This document shows, piece after piece, positions 32,881 through 43,464 of a stretch of 64,000 nucleotides of DNA. Origin of the DNA: Rebecca billardiae RCC1528 (lineage: Eukaryota; Protista; Haptophyta). How positions within the stretch are numbered: position 1 is the first letter of the stretch; each line of letters begins with the position of its first letter. Under the pieces are notes generated by a model. The model was not told the DNA's origin. It made no database searches and saw nothing but the letters and a program-made list of their open reading frames with translations. The position numbers and the translations under genes were made by a program. The DNA is taken from positions 2,356,001 through 2,420,000 of the forward strand of contig OZ251225.1 of the NCBI GenBank assembly GCA_965240325.2, read 5' to 3'.

Positions 32881-33183
32881 TCAGGGCGCGCCTGAAGTGT
32901 TCGTCTCGATGAGCTGTATTCTCGGGGTCGTATTGACAGATGGCTGCGCGTTGCTCCGCGAATCACCGACACTGAACAGGTTGGAGAGGACGAAGACGAT
33001 CCCGAGGAGAATGGCGACCCCTGTGCACCGGGAGGGATTCATGCGTGGCTTGTGAGGCGCACAGAATGCACACGAGGGTCGGCGCGCGGCGGCGCCGCGC
33101 GTACCAACAACTCGCTTGATCGCGCGATTCTTCGGCGGCGGGCGCTTGAAAGGGTTGTGCTCTGCATACCATCGAGAATCCAT
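32881..33183 (-). CDS. Small single-pass membrane protein (about 72 aa)
   Basis: Exons 33183-33105 and 33020-32881 (84-bp GT-AG intron); basic N-terminus then TM VVGVAILLGIVFVLSNLF. Confidence 0.55.
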   Translation of the reverse strand: MDSRWYAEHNPFKRPPPKNRAIKRVVGTRGAAARRPSCAFCAPHKPRMNPSRCTGVAILLGIVFVLSNLFSVGDSRSNAQPSVNTTPRIQLIETNTSGAP

Positions 33184-33331
33184 CCAGCCGCCGCCGCAGT
33201 GGTCACCGCGACGAGGAAATCACGATGGCCGCACGCCCAGCGGCCGCGAGGAGGTTGGCTCAAGCAAGCTGACCGGCAAAGGAACCGGACGACAGACCCG
33301 GAATTCGTGGTGGCCGCCATCCTGCGCAGCG

Positions 33332-34440
33332 ATGGTACCGCGCGCGATGCGTCGGCCGCCGCGCGTCGGCCTTGCGCTCACAACTACGCTCGTCGTCCGT
33401 CCCACCCCCACGCAGGCTGCTCTCTTCGGCTTTGGCAGCCAGCCAACCATCAACATTGTCTTCGCTGACGCGGAGACCAGGAAGCGCATCCCAGTCGCAT
33501 ACAACGGCACCACGACCGAGCAGCTGCTCTTCCACGCGCATGACGACATCCGTGGCACCGTTTTCATCGAGCCGCCCAAGGGGAGGCAGCGGTTCGAGCA
33601 CATGGGTATCAAGGTTGAGTTGATAGGGCGCATCGGTGCGCGCACGTCCCCGCGCCTGCGCGCGCGAGCCAGCCATGCACTTCCGCGCTCAGCGTCGCGC
33701 GCGCGGCTGCTGAGCTCTGAGACCTGTGGCGCGCTGCACGTCGCCGGTGGCCGCTCCGCCGCGCAGAGCTTTCGAACGATCGCGGCGGGCGTTCGGAGTT
33801 CACATCGCTCGTGCGCGAGCTCGATCCGCCAGGGGAGCTCAGCGGCTCGCGGCAGTACACGTTTGAGTTCTGCAATGTCGAGAAGCAGTATGAGTCGTAT
33901 GACGGGATCAACGTGCGCTTGCGCTACTTCCTGAAGGTGACGATTGCGCGGCAGTACAACACGAATGTCACGCACGAGCAGGACTTCCGCGTGTACGTGC
34001 TGCAGTACGAGCCCGAGATCAACTCCTCGATCAAGATGGAGGTCGGCATTGAGGACTGCCTGCACATCGAGTTTGAGTACAACCGCGGCAAGTACCACTT
34101 GCGAGATGTGATCCTGGGTAAGATCTACTTCCTCCTCGTGCGGATCAAGATCAAGCACATGGAGCTCGCGATCATCAAGCGCGAGTCTTCGGGCATCGGC
34201 CCGAACACGTACAACGAGAGCGAGACAGTCACAAAGTTCGAGATCATGGACGGCGCGCCGGTGCGCAACGAGTCGGTGCCCATCCGTCTCTTCCTGAGTG
34301 GCTTCGACCAGCTCACGCCGACCATGCGGAACGTGAACAACAAGTTCTCCGTCAAGTACTACCTCAACCTCGTCCTGATCGACGAGGAGGACAGAAGATA
34401 CTTCAAGCAGCAGGAGGTCAGCCTGTGGCGAAAGGCGTGA
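33332..34440 (+). CDS. VPS26: Vacuolar protein sorting 26 (retromer subunit)
   Basis: Exons 33332-33334 (ATG only), 33416-33635, 33767-34440; motifs EHMGIKVELIGRIE, IKMEVGIEDCLHIEFEY and DEEDRRYFKQQE. Confidence 0.97.
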
Positions 34441-35300
34441 GCATGCATAATGTAGCCGACCCGTGCCAGATGCCGATTGGTGCTGCTGCTACGCCTACCG
34501 TTACTACGACGTGATGAGACCTTTGGGCCGGCAGCCTACAGGGCCTGGGAGTGGCTGCACTCCGGGACGGTCTCAGAACCTGCTGTCCAGCAGGGGCTTA
34601 ATTCCCCGCACACGGGCGCACTGGTCACAGACTAGCCTTAGCGGTACTAGACTATTTAAAAGTATTAGCCTTAGTTTTAAACTTAGTACTGGCATACTGT
34701 ACTCATCCGAGTACAGACTGAGACAGTCAAGTGACTAGTGAGTCAGGCCGGACGGCTCCTTTGAATAATGCAGCTCAGAGTAGCAGAGTCGCGTATATGA
34801 TTTTGATATTGAGCTTGCTATATGATCCGCCTGGTTCGAGTTAGTTATTACGACTATAGTGAACAGTCTGACATGCACCGTTATTGACAGTCTCGACGAA
34901 CACGCAGACAGGTTGACGAATATTGATCAACACGGTCGTCACCGAGCACGCGCGTGCGCCAGTGTCAGTGAGACGACCGTCGTCGTCAGCGACCGCGGCG
35001 TCGGACGGCGAGGAGACGAGGCCCCATGTCCATGCCGTGGGGCCATGGGCTCACTGATGGCACGGCCCCGTGGCCGTGGACGGCGGTAGTGTCGGTACCC
35101 GCAGACGTGTAGTCCGTAGTGTCACTTGGCACTCCGTGAGGCTATAGCAGTATTGAGTAGATGTAGAAGTCATTAGTCATTGTTCGGACGAGTTGCGCTG
35201 ATTCCGGTACGTGCGCACGGGCAGGCCAGTCCCACAGGTGAGAAGCCTCTGGCTCTCATTGCACAGGCACTCCAGCGACGCCTCCCAGCCTGCACGATAT

Positions 35301-36224
35301 TCACCAGTGCATACACGTGGCATCGCCGAGCTCACCGCACGATGGCGCAGATCGACTATCTCTGCTCGCGGAGCGGGGGCACGCGGTCGCGGTCGCGATG
35401 AATGAAGGGGTCTGTGAATGGCAGAGGGCCGCCGTGCGAGGCGCACGTGGCACAGACTGGTGGGCGGCCTGCCCGGCGCTAGCGCGATCCGCTTCGCTGC
35501 CCGAGAACGCACCGATCATATCCGCGCCCCACAAGCCCACCGACTGCACCGTCTCACATCCACGCTGAGCAGCGTGACGCAGCAACTGGACCTGCACGCG
35601 CCAGGTGTGGGCCAGGTCCTCCACGCAGGTCCGGCCCGTGTTGAGCCAGATGCCCGTGCCGGTGAGAGCATAGTGCCATGCCCCGCTCGCGCCTAGCTCG
35701 CGCTCGTGGCGCATTCGAATGACCTCGATCCAGGTGCCGGGAGGGAAAGGCCCACGCTTGTGCGTGCGCACGAGCACGCCGTATGTGCCCATCCATGCCA
35801 GCCCGTCGGTCATGCGGTGGCCGACGAATGCTGCGCCGATCGGGGCAGGCGCGTCCAGCCGCTTGACGAATGGCACGACACGTTCGAGCGGCGCCGCGGG
35901 CGGCACGCCCGCGCAGCGTGTCTTCTCGGGGATCTTGCCCATCCACGGCCCTGTCCCCGCAATATCTCCAGCGCCCTCGCGGCATCGGTAGAACCAGCCA
36001 AACGTGGCGAGGTCGACAGGATATCGCACGCGGCCGAGATACACGTGCCTGAGGTACGCATTCCACACAAACGAGTCCCGTGCTGACCGCAGGACCGATG
36101 CATTCACGCACGACGCCGCCCAATCGGGCCCCGCGTGTGCGCAGAGCTCATACGAGAGGTTGTGGTCCATCGCGGCAACGCAAGCGAGCGATACCACGGT
36201 TGCAACAACAGTTCCCGGCCGCAT
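35301..36224 (-). CDS. Putative secreted protein of unknown function
   Basis: Signal-like MRPGTVVATVVSLACVAA; Trp/Gly-rich globular region (WNAYLRHVY, WIEVIRM, GAWHYALTGTGIWLNTGRT). C-terminus uncertain. Confidence 0.6.
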   Translation of the reverse strand: MRPGTVVATVVSLACVAAMDHNLSYELCAHAGPDWAASCVNASVLRSARDSFVWNAYLRHVYLGRVRYPVDLATFGWFYRCREGAGDIAGTGPWMGKIPEKTRCAGVPPAAPLERVVPFVKRLDAPAPIGAAFVGHRMTDGLAWMGTYGVLVRTHKRGPFPPGTWIEVIRMRHERELGASGAWHYALTGTGIWLNTGRTCVEDLAHTWRVQVQLLRHAAQRGCETVQSVGLWGADMIGAFSGSEADRASAGQAAHQSVPRAPRTAALCHSQTPSFIATATACPRSASRDSRSAPSCGELGDATCMHW

Positions 36225-36440
36225 CCGCACGTACCCGCGAACGTGGCTTGGTAGGCCCGTCGCGGAGCGTACATGCGAGAGGACGGGCGCAGTAAGGATA
36301 GCCGCACGCCGTGCATGGATCGCATCGCCGTGCATGCATGCACGCATCTCGACAGCCTTCAATGGTTGGGCGCTATGTGTCCGCCATGCTGATTGCTGAG
36401 TACTGACGGTCGGTCGCAGGACTGTGCGCACTGTGCACGC

Positions 36441-36883
36441 ACGCACACAGCTCAGGCAGGCGAGATTCGATTAGTTATTGCAGTTGACTAAGAATAGGAG
36501 ACGCACACAGCTTAGGCAGTTAAGCAGGTCCATGCGAGCCACGCAGCGCAGGTGGATCGCGCTCCAGCAGCTCAAGGTGACAAGGCCGCGCTCAAGCCAT
36601 TCGATCGCGGTGCCGCAGGCTATGCTCTGCCACCAACGCCGACTTCGTGTCGACGATCGGGCACTGCCGACGACAAATCAGGAGACCTGCGCCGTCCTAC
36701 TGTACCTGTGTCGTTAAATCAAAGTATAGAATGACGAGTTTACTAGCATAGAATATTATTATAATGAGCTCAAAGATGAGACGCACACACCGTCAGGCAG
36801 GCGAGAACTGCAGCAGTGGCTTAGCTACACTCCTACAGTTTACCAAAAAGTAAGAGACGCACACAGCTCAGGCAGGCGAGATT
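36441..36883 (+). repeat. Cluster of four full or partial 47-bp motif copies around a family A repeat copy
   Basis: Motif at 36441-36467, 36481-36519, 36778-36806 and 36836-36883; family A copy at 36523-36732. Confidence 0.85.
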
Positions 36884-37710
36884 AACGCCCGCCTAAACTG
36901 TCACCGCCCATGATCCATGAAGCCGTCGCCGATGGTAGCGCCGTAGTCGGAAGATTCATGCAGCCGTCCTCCTGCGAGGCGGCCTGGATGAGGGCAGTGA
37001 GTAGAGTTTAACGCGTGCTCACTTGCGGTTCAGGCCCAGGCGTGATAGTGACGCCATCGAACAACAGTGATCAACACTGCACAAAGACACAGTTCCAGGT
37101 AGGTAACGTGATGCACTCGGCTCATGATCAATCAGACATGAGACAATGATCAGGCGATGACAATCAGATGACATTCAGTCCCTCCCACAGCTGACAGTTA
37201 CAAGGTAAATCGTCGTAAATATGTGATGGTGCCATCAGTCGACAGTCTGAGTCGTGATTGTCAGACTCTGCCTAGACTCTCACTCCGCGGCCTGTTAAGT
37301 GTTAATGAGTGATGTGGCTGATCGGGCGCGGTCCGGGCGACGGGCGTAACTAACTTAGATATTATTGGCAGTATCTAGTAGTCATATGCAACAACGAGGA
37401 TATGCAATATATATATATATATATCACTATTGTCTATTCAAAGTTTAATTCAGATTCAGCAAATAGCAATAAACTTGTGCATGCACAAATTATGTCAAAT
37501 GACCGAAATGACACCGCGCCCGATCACACTCACACTCACAGCACAAGTGCAGGCTTCTTAACTTCAGCTTAATTCGATCCTCGGCTGCGGAATCTGGACT
37601 GCTATCGTCATCGGATTTGTTTGAGCGCTACGCGGCTGCCTGGCGGGCTGGGCTGGCCGAGCGCCGCCACCACGGCGCCGCGGCGGCGCCGCCCGTGGCG
37701 GCGGAGCGGA

Positions 37711-38250
37711 TCAGGCTGCCTTGCCCGGCGAGAGGGAAGCTCTTGACCGGAATGACCGCTGGGCTGTGCCAGCTGACACGCGGTACTTGTGCGACGTGGA
37801 TGTAGCGGACCTTCGGCCGGGAAGCTTGAACAGACGCTTGAGCCCATCGAGAGTTCGTGACGACTTTGTGGTCTGGCGCCGCTGTCGGCTACGTGATGAC
37901 GACGGCTTCTTGGCGAAGGCACCACGCGGGCGCGGCGAGGGTGTTGCCCGCCAAGCCTGTTGCACAGTCTTTGGTGGTGTGCGGGATGGAGCGGCATACG
38001 TCGCAAGCACGCTACGAGCTGCTGGTGAAAGAATATTTGCCTCGAACTGCTCAAGTATGTCGTGGTACTCGCTCTGCTTGCGCACAAATTCGTGATAGAT
38101 CGGCAGCGAGCGTGCTATGTCTTCGGTTTCCCAGACGTCAAGCGGACCATGTTGAGCATGGACGAGTCTCATCTCCGCCTCGAATGCGTCGAAGGCGCTT
38201 GTGGCGGCGTCATTCGCTCGGTCCACGTCAGCGGCGCTCGGAGCTTCCAT
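37711..38250 (-). CDS. Hypothetical protein (MEAPSAADVDRAN...)
   Basis: Helical, acidic N-terminal half and basic tail; no recognisable domain. Confidence 0.4.
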   Translation of the reverse strand: MEAPSAADVDRANDAATSAFDAFEAEMRLVHAQHGPLDVWETEDIARSLPIYHEFVRKQSEYHDILEQFEANILSPAARSVLATYAAPSRTPPKTVQQAWRATPSPRPRGAFAKKPSSSRSRQRRQTTKSSRTLDGLKRLFKLPGRRSATSTSHKYRVSAGTAQRSFRSRASLSPGKAA

Positions 38251-39065
38251 GCGCGCTGTCGTCGTTTGCTCGGTCGTGTTGCGCGCGTCCGACGATCTCC
38301 GGCTGGCAGTTTCGCCGGATTCCGGCCGCCGATTACCCCCGCCATTTTCTTTGCGCAGGACCGGACCGTGCGTCGTGACCGGATCAGGATGGCGGCGCGC
38401 ACCGCCGCCGACGACGATTTGACGTACGAGTGCGAGGACGACAGCAAGCCCGAGCTTCAGGACACAGCTCTTGTGGGCTCGGTGCAACACGTGGTTCTAC
38501 TCGCGCCAACTCCTCCCGCGAGTACACCGCTGGCCGAGGGTGAAGCTTTGGAACGACAAGCCAGCTCTGCGCCGGGCAGAGCAGCCGCATCTCGGCAGCC
38601 GTGACTTGCCTGGGTGTGGCATTCGCGCATTCAAACCACAGGCATGGGCACGTGTGTGTACTAAATGTCTACTAGTCGTCGTCGGTGCCTTCGGCTTGGC
38701 ACACGCCGCATCTGATCAACACAGGCAGACAGCGGTGGGCGGCATTGAACCAGACTAACTCCGAAACCGCACAGGCTCGCGGCGCTAACTGAACTGCCGG
38801 ACACGGGACAGCAGGCGCGGCTGATCTCTGTCTAGAGGCTGCGACGAGCTCATGATCTCCGTAGCCATTGCCGGGCTCACTGTGACTGACTGACGACTAG
38901 CTGATTCTCACTCTCAGTAGCTACTTAACTAGGAGGTAGTTACCGGTACAATAGTCAATACTGATTATTACTATTTACTGAATACTGTGCGCGGATTATG
39001 GATTTAGTGCGCCATCGCGCACATCAGGGTTACCAGGGTACTCCGGGTCGGCGCCTGGGTGAGGG

Positions 39066-40808
39066 TCACCCTTCAGAAGTTCCCAGCACGGTCCGTCTCC
39101 TCAGGTGTCGGTCGTGATCCCACATCAGTACGGCGATCTTGGTGACGAGGTAGCCGAGCATGAGGGCGGTGAGCACGCACGCGCACACAAAGTCGGCGGT
39201 GTCGCTCATCAGCAGCCGTGCCGTGATGAACTGCAGTACCATCATGGCCCACATCATCGCGAAAGCGACGTTGGTGAGCCGGTCGAGCTGCGTCATGTAC
39301 GCCGTGCGCGGCAGGCCCTCCTTCGCGATGAACAGGAACGCGACGGCCGTGAGTAGGAGCCCCGCGTTGTGCTGTGCGCGCGCGCTGAAGTCATCGAGAG
39401 GGATCTCCACGCTCGTGAAGGCCAGCGCGGAGATGAGGACGAGCGGCCACGCGACCGTGCGCAGGAAGTACCACGTCTTGCGCACGCACGGCACGCGCGC
39501 CTCGTAGAAGCTCGTGCCCGCCGTCTCGTCGATCCCCACCCTCGGCTCGATCGCGAGGAACGTGCACTCCATCGTCTCGACCGCCCCCTTGGTGCCGAGC
39601 GTGAACGGCGTGCCGTCCACAAACGGCAGCTGCCGGAAGTAGCGCCGCCGGTCGTCCGGGTGCGCGTCCCACATGCGCAGGCGGAAGGGGAGCATCTGGC
39701 AGTCGGCGGGGAAGTTGCGCAGGTCGAGCCCCACCTTGAACGTGCCGCGCAGCACCAGCTGCATCGTCACCACGTCCGGCGGGTCCGTCCTGTCCATGTA
39801 GGCGTACTGCTCCGTGCGCTCGACCTGCAGCTCATTCAGGGCGAAGCGCGGCGCGCGGATCGGCCCTCCGAGCTCGAGCGGCGTGCGCACGGCGTCCGGG
39901 TGGCGCGGCACCTCGCGCTCGAGCCCGGGGCGCCGCCACTTCAGCATCACGCGCACGTGCGCGAAGAACGCCCCCGAGGGGCTCGGCGGCTCGAGCGCGT
40001 AGAGGACCACGCCGACGCCCACGCAATCGGGGTCGGCGAGCGCAGCCGCTGAGCAGATGGGCGCGCGCAGCGCGCGCGACGCGGGGCTGAGCGCGGCCTT
40101 GAGCACGTCGAGCGAGTCGCGCACCGACCTGTTCGCGTAGATGAGCCGCGGCCGGCCGTCCGGTGCCTCGCGCCGCGCCTCGAGCGCAAAGCCCGCGCGC
40201 TCGTGAAAGCGCACAGACTTTGGGTTGGGCGGCTCGGCGACGATCACCGTAAAGACGGGCCGCGGCTTGGACGGGTGCGCGTGCAGCAGCCGTGCGTACA
40301 GCTCGGCGTAGAGCGACTGCGCGTGCCCGCGCCCTCCGGACCCGCGCGCCGTGCAGATCTGCTTCACGAGCACGAACTCGTGGCAGATGGTGTCGCGGAT
40401 GTGCGCGTTCAGTGCCTCCGTCTCGTCGTGGATGTGCTCGGACGAGTAGGCGAGCAAGAACGAGACGATGCGCCCGCGCTCCTTCAGCACGAGAAAGTGG
40501 TCGGCGCGCCCGACAAAGTCGGCGTATGCCTCCGCTGTGAAGCCTGACACCAGGAAGCCCGTCTGCGACAGGTCGGTGCCCGACTCGAGCTCGTCGAGCG
40601 CGAGCGAGTTTGCGAGCTCGCTCAGCGCCGACACGTCGGCGAGTATCGCCGACCGGACGAGCGGGACATCACGCGAGACATCCGCCTCGAGCCGTGGCTG
40701 CGACTCTGGCTTCCACCGCTCGTCGCCGGCGCGTGCGGACGGGCTGTTGCGCGAGAGCATCGGGCGCCCTCCTGCGCCTTGCGAGCCGATCAAGGAGCCG
40801 GTCGCCAT
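39066..40808 (-). CDS. GNAT acetyltransferase fused to a Cys-less (Pro-loop) pentameric ligand-gated ion channel
   Basis: Intronless. GNAT motifs VKQICT...GRGHAQSLY and PPNPKSVRFHERAGF. pLGIC ECD VMLKWRRP and LDLRNFPADCQ; RKTWYF...WP (M1), ARAQHNAGLLLTAVAF (M2), LPRTAYMTQLD (M2-M3), M3, M4. Confidence 0.88.
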   Translation of the reverse strand: MATGSLIGSQGAGGRPMLSRNSPSARAGDERWKPESQPRLEADVSRDVPLVRSAILADVSALSELANSLALDELESGTDLSQTGFLVSGFTAEAYADFVGRADHFLVLKERGRIVSFLLAYSSEHIHDETEALNAHIRDTICHEFVLVKQICTARGSGGRGHAQSLYAELYARLLHAHPSKPRPVFTVIVAEPPNPKSVRFHERAGFALEARREAPDGRPRLIYANRSVRDSLDVLKAALSPASRALRAPICSAAALADPDCVGVGVVLYALEPPSPSGAFFAHVRVMLKWRRPGLEREVPRHPDAVRTPLELGGPIRAPRFALNELQVERTEQYAYMDRTDPPDVVTMQLVLRGTFKVGLDLRNFPADCQMLPFRLRMWDAHPDDRRRYFRQLPFVDGTPFTLGTKGAVETMECTFLAIEPRVGIDETAGTSFYEARVPCVRKTWYFLRTVAWPLVLISALAFTSVEIPLDDFSARAQHNAGLLLTAVAFLFIAKEGLPRTAYMTQLDRLTNVAFAMMWAMMVLQFITARLLMSDTADFVCACVLTALMLGYLVTKIAVLMWDHDRHLRRRTVLGTSEG

Positions 40809-41431
40809 AAGCACCTGCCGCTTTTTGGCCCCTGTTGGAGCCTAAGTTTGGCGGCTTGGCGAGCGGCGGCGGGGGGCGGGCGCGCGCCACGAGCGGGTTG
40901 GAGGCGTCGCCGGGGTCGAGTAGCCCCGCCCCCCGCCCCGCGCTAGCCCCGCGCGCACTCCCCTCGCGCGTGAGCGTCGCCGGCGCGAGGGCGGTGTGCA
41001 CCTTGTGGCGAGCCGACCGAAGGGACGACCAGTCGCCATCTCCAAACAACTACCAGTTCAGACGCGTGCGCTTTTTTAATCCGGCCTTTTTTCTCGAGCG
41101 GGAGACTCGCGTCCGCGAACGGCTGCCGGGTTGCCAGCGCAGCGCAGCGGCACGACTGGTCGTCCCTTCGCTCGGCTCGCGGTTCCGCTGGGGAGAAAAG
41201 CAAAGCGGCAGGTGCTTACTTATGCTGGAGCCGGGCAGGCACTCCATGCTGATCGGATGCCACTGGAAGCTTCATCTTCCGCGTGGCCGCAGGCCGCCAT
41301 TGGAGGACGCATCGACTGATGCTGCGAGTGATGACGTGCGCGCGCATCGACGCGGCTCGGACGCGCGCGCGCGCGGCTGCGTGCGCGTCCTGACGATGTC
41401 GCCCCGGCCCTGCGTGCACCCCGCATGAACA

Positions 41432-42371
41432 ATGCGCAGGGCGCCATACGTCCTGCTCCGCCAGTCCCTGCACCACGCGCCATTGCCAACGGGCAGGGTG
41501 TGCGCGCGCATGTGCGCTCCTGCGCGCGTGCGTGGTGCCCGCGTGCGCTCATCGCCTGCCTGCGCCCGCCCGCGGGCGCCGCGATCCTCTGCAGGCCTTG
41601 CGTGTGCCTCTAGTCTATCTGCGCCCGCTCTCGTCCGCGTCGCCCGCGGACGGCAGCGAGAAGCCCTCCACAGAGGAGCCGGCGGCGGCAGCGGCGGACG
41701 GGACAGAATCGCCTGGCGACGCCGCGGCTGGTGCGGCCTCGGAGGAGGTGCAGGCGCTCAAGCAGCAGCTCGAAGAGCAGGCTGAGCAGCTGAACCAGCG
41801 GCATGAGCAGGTGCGCCGCGGCCCGCGGCCCCATCCGTGCACGCCCTGTGCTCTGTGCCCGCCCACAGCCGCGCGCGAGGCTTCACGGCCCCGCTCTGCT
41901 CTGCCCCCCCCCCCCCCCCCTCGCTCTCGTGTGCGTGCGCAGCTCCTGCGGGCAGTCGCGGACGCGGACAACATCCGGAAGCGCACGGCCATCGACGTCG
42001 AGAGCGCGCAAAAGTACGCGATCTCCGGCTTCGCAAAGTCGCTGCTCGATGTGGCAGACAACCTGGAGCGCGCGATCGCACTCGTGCCAGAGGAGGTGCG
42101 GACAGGCGAGGAGAACCCGATGATGCGCTCGCTGTACGAGGGCGTGAAGATGACGGACGACCAGCTGATGAAGGCGTTCAACGAGCACGGCATCGAGCGG
42201 GTCGACCCCGCCGGCGAGAAGTTCGACCCACACTTCCACGAGGCGCTCTACGAGGTGCCCGACCCAACGGCCGAGGCGGGCACGGTCGCGCAGGTGCAGA
42301 GTGTCGGGTATAAGCTGCACGAGAGGTGCCTGCGCTCCGCCAAGGTGGGCGTGGTCTCCAAGCAGAAGTGA
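41432..42371 (+). CDS. GRPE: GrpE nucleotide exchange factor, probably mitochondrial
   Basis: Exons 41432-41497, 41595-41810, 41943-42371; Arg-rich presequence; LLDVADNLERA, GEKFDPHFHEA, GYKLHERCLRSAKVGV. Confidence 0.95.
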
Positions 42372-43464
42372 GCGCGTGGACTGCTCGAGCGTCGGGGCGC
42401 GCCTGGCTGCAGCGGGCTGAGCGGCTGCTCGCGCGTCATGCGCTGGGCGCTTGCCTTGGCAGCCTCCTTAGTCCTTGCGACACGGACAGGCACCTTGCGG
42501 CGTCGGGGCCGCGAGTGCCGACTCGACACTCGTACGACAGCAGTTGCCGTCGGCTGACCGCGAGCATGCCGTCAATCCCAAGGGTCTCACAGCGCAACGA
42601 CATTGCACCACGACGCAGCAGCTGGCCTGACAGGCCATTCAGCGGTGCGCAGCGTCAGCTGGCCGACCACGACCCGTTATATACAGTGATTAATCACTAA
42701 TCAGGCCACGGGTACGTATATTAAGCCGTACGTCGGGCGTACGTAAGCGGTCATCAGGCTCACAGCGGATCAGATTGCCCGATGCGCATATTATTCACGA
42801 CGACCGAATTGATACTGACGACGACGACGTACCGCGCGATTACTATAGAGTATTCTGTATTATACTACGCGCGACTGCTAAGTACTGCTATAGCTCGATC
42901 AGCGCGGCGCTCAGCGCATCGTCATCGTGCAGTCCTGCATCTGAGTCACTAATCTGAGTAGTCGTGCGTGTTATAAGCGCGCGCTACTGTTACCACGGTC
43001 CACGCGGGCGTCCCGGAGTCCGACCGTACGGTCCGAACTGAGCAGTCAGTATTATAACTGATGACTGTTACACGCAGCGGAACACGTAATTTCAACTCCG
43101 AAGCCGCTGCCAGAGAGAGTGCCAGTCAGTCACGCTGCCGGACGGCGGCTCCGGGGCCGGGCCGGCGGCGGTTTGACCGACACCGCTGTCCGGTGGCAGT
43201 GCCGCCTGCCGCAGGCGCAGCCGCCTGCCTGTGGAAGCCCGGTACGAGTGACAGACCGCAGGCAGACTGCAGCGGACAGCGGTGCCCGGTGGTGGCGCCG
43301 GTGCCGGCGGTGCCCGGTGGCCATGAAGATGATTTTGTCGTTTGAGGATCCATTGGGGTGGGATCGTGATGCGTGTGCATAGTCTGCTGTCAGAGCACCA
43401 CAGCCGCGCCAGGCCGATGCAGCTCCCGCTCGGCACTCCGTGCATTGCGCACCTCGTAGTATTC

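Noticed and set aside
38389-38604. Small plus-strand ORF MAARTAADDD…, divergent from 38250
   Set aside because: Only 71 aa with no motif; cannot be supported without expression data.
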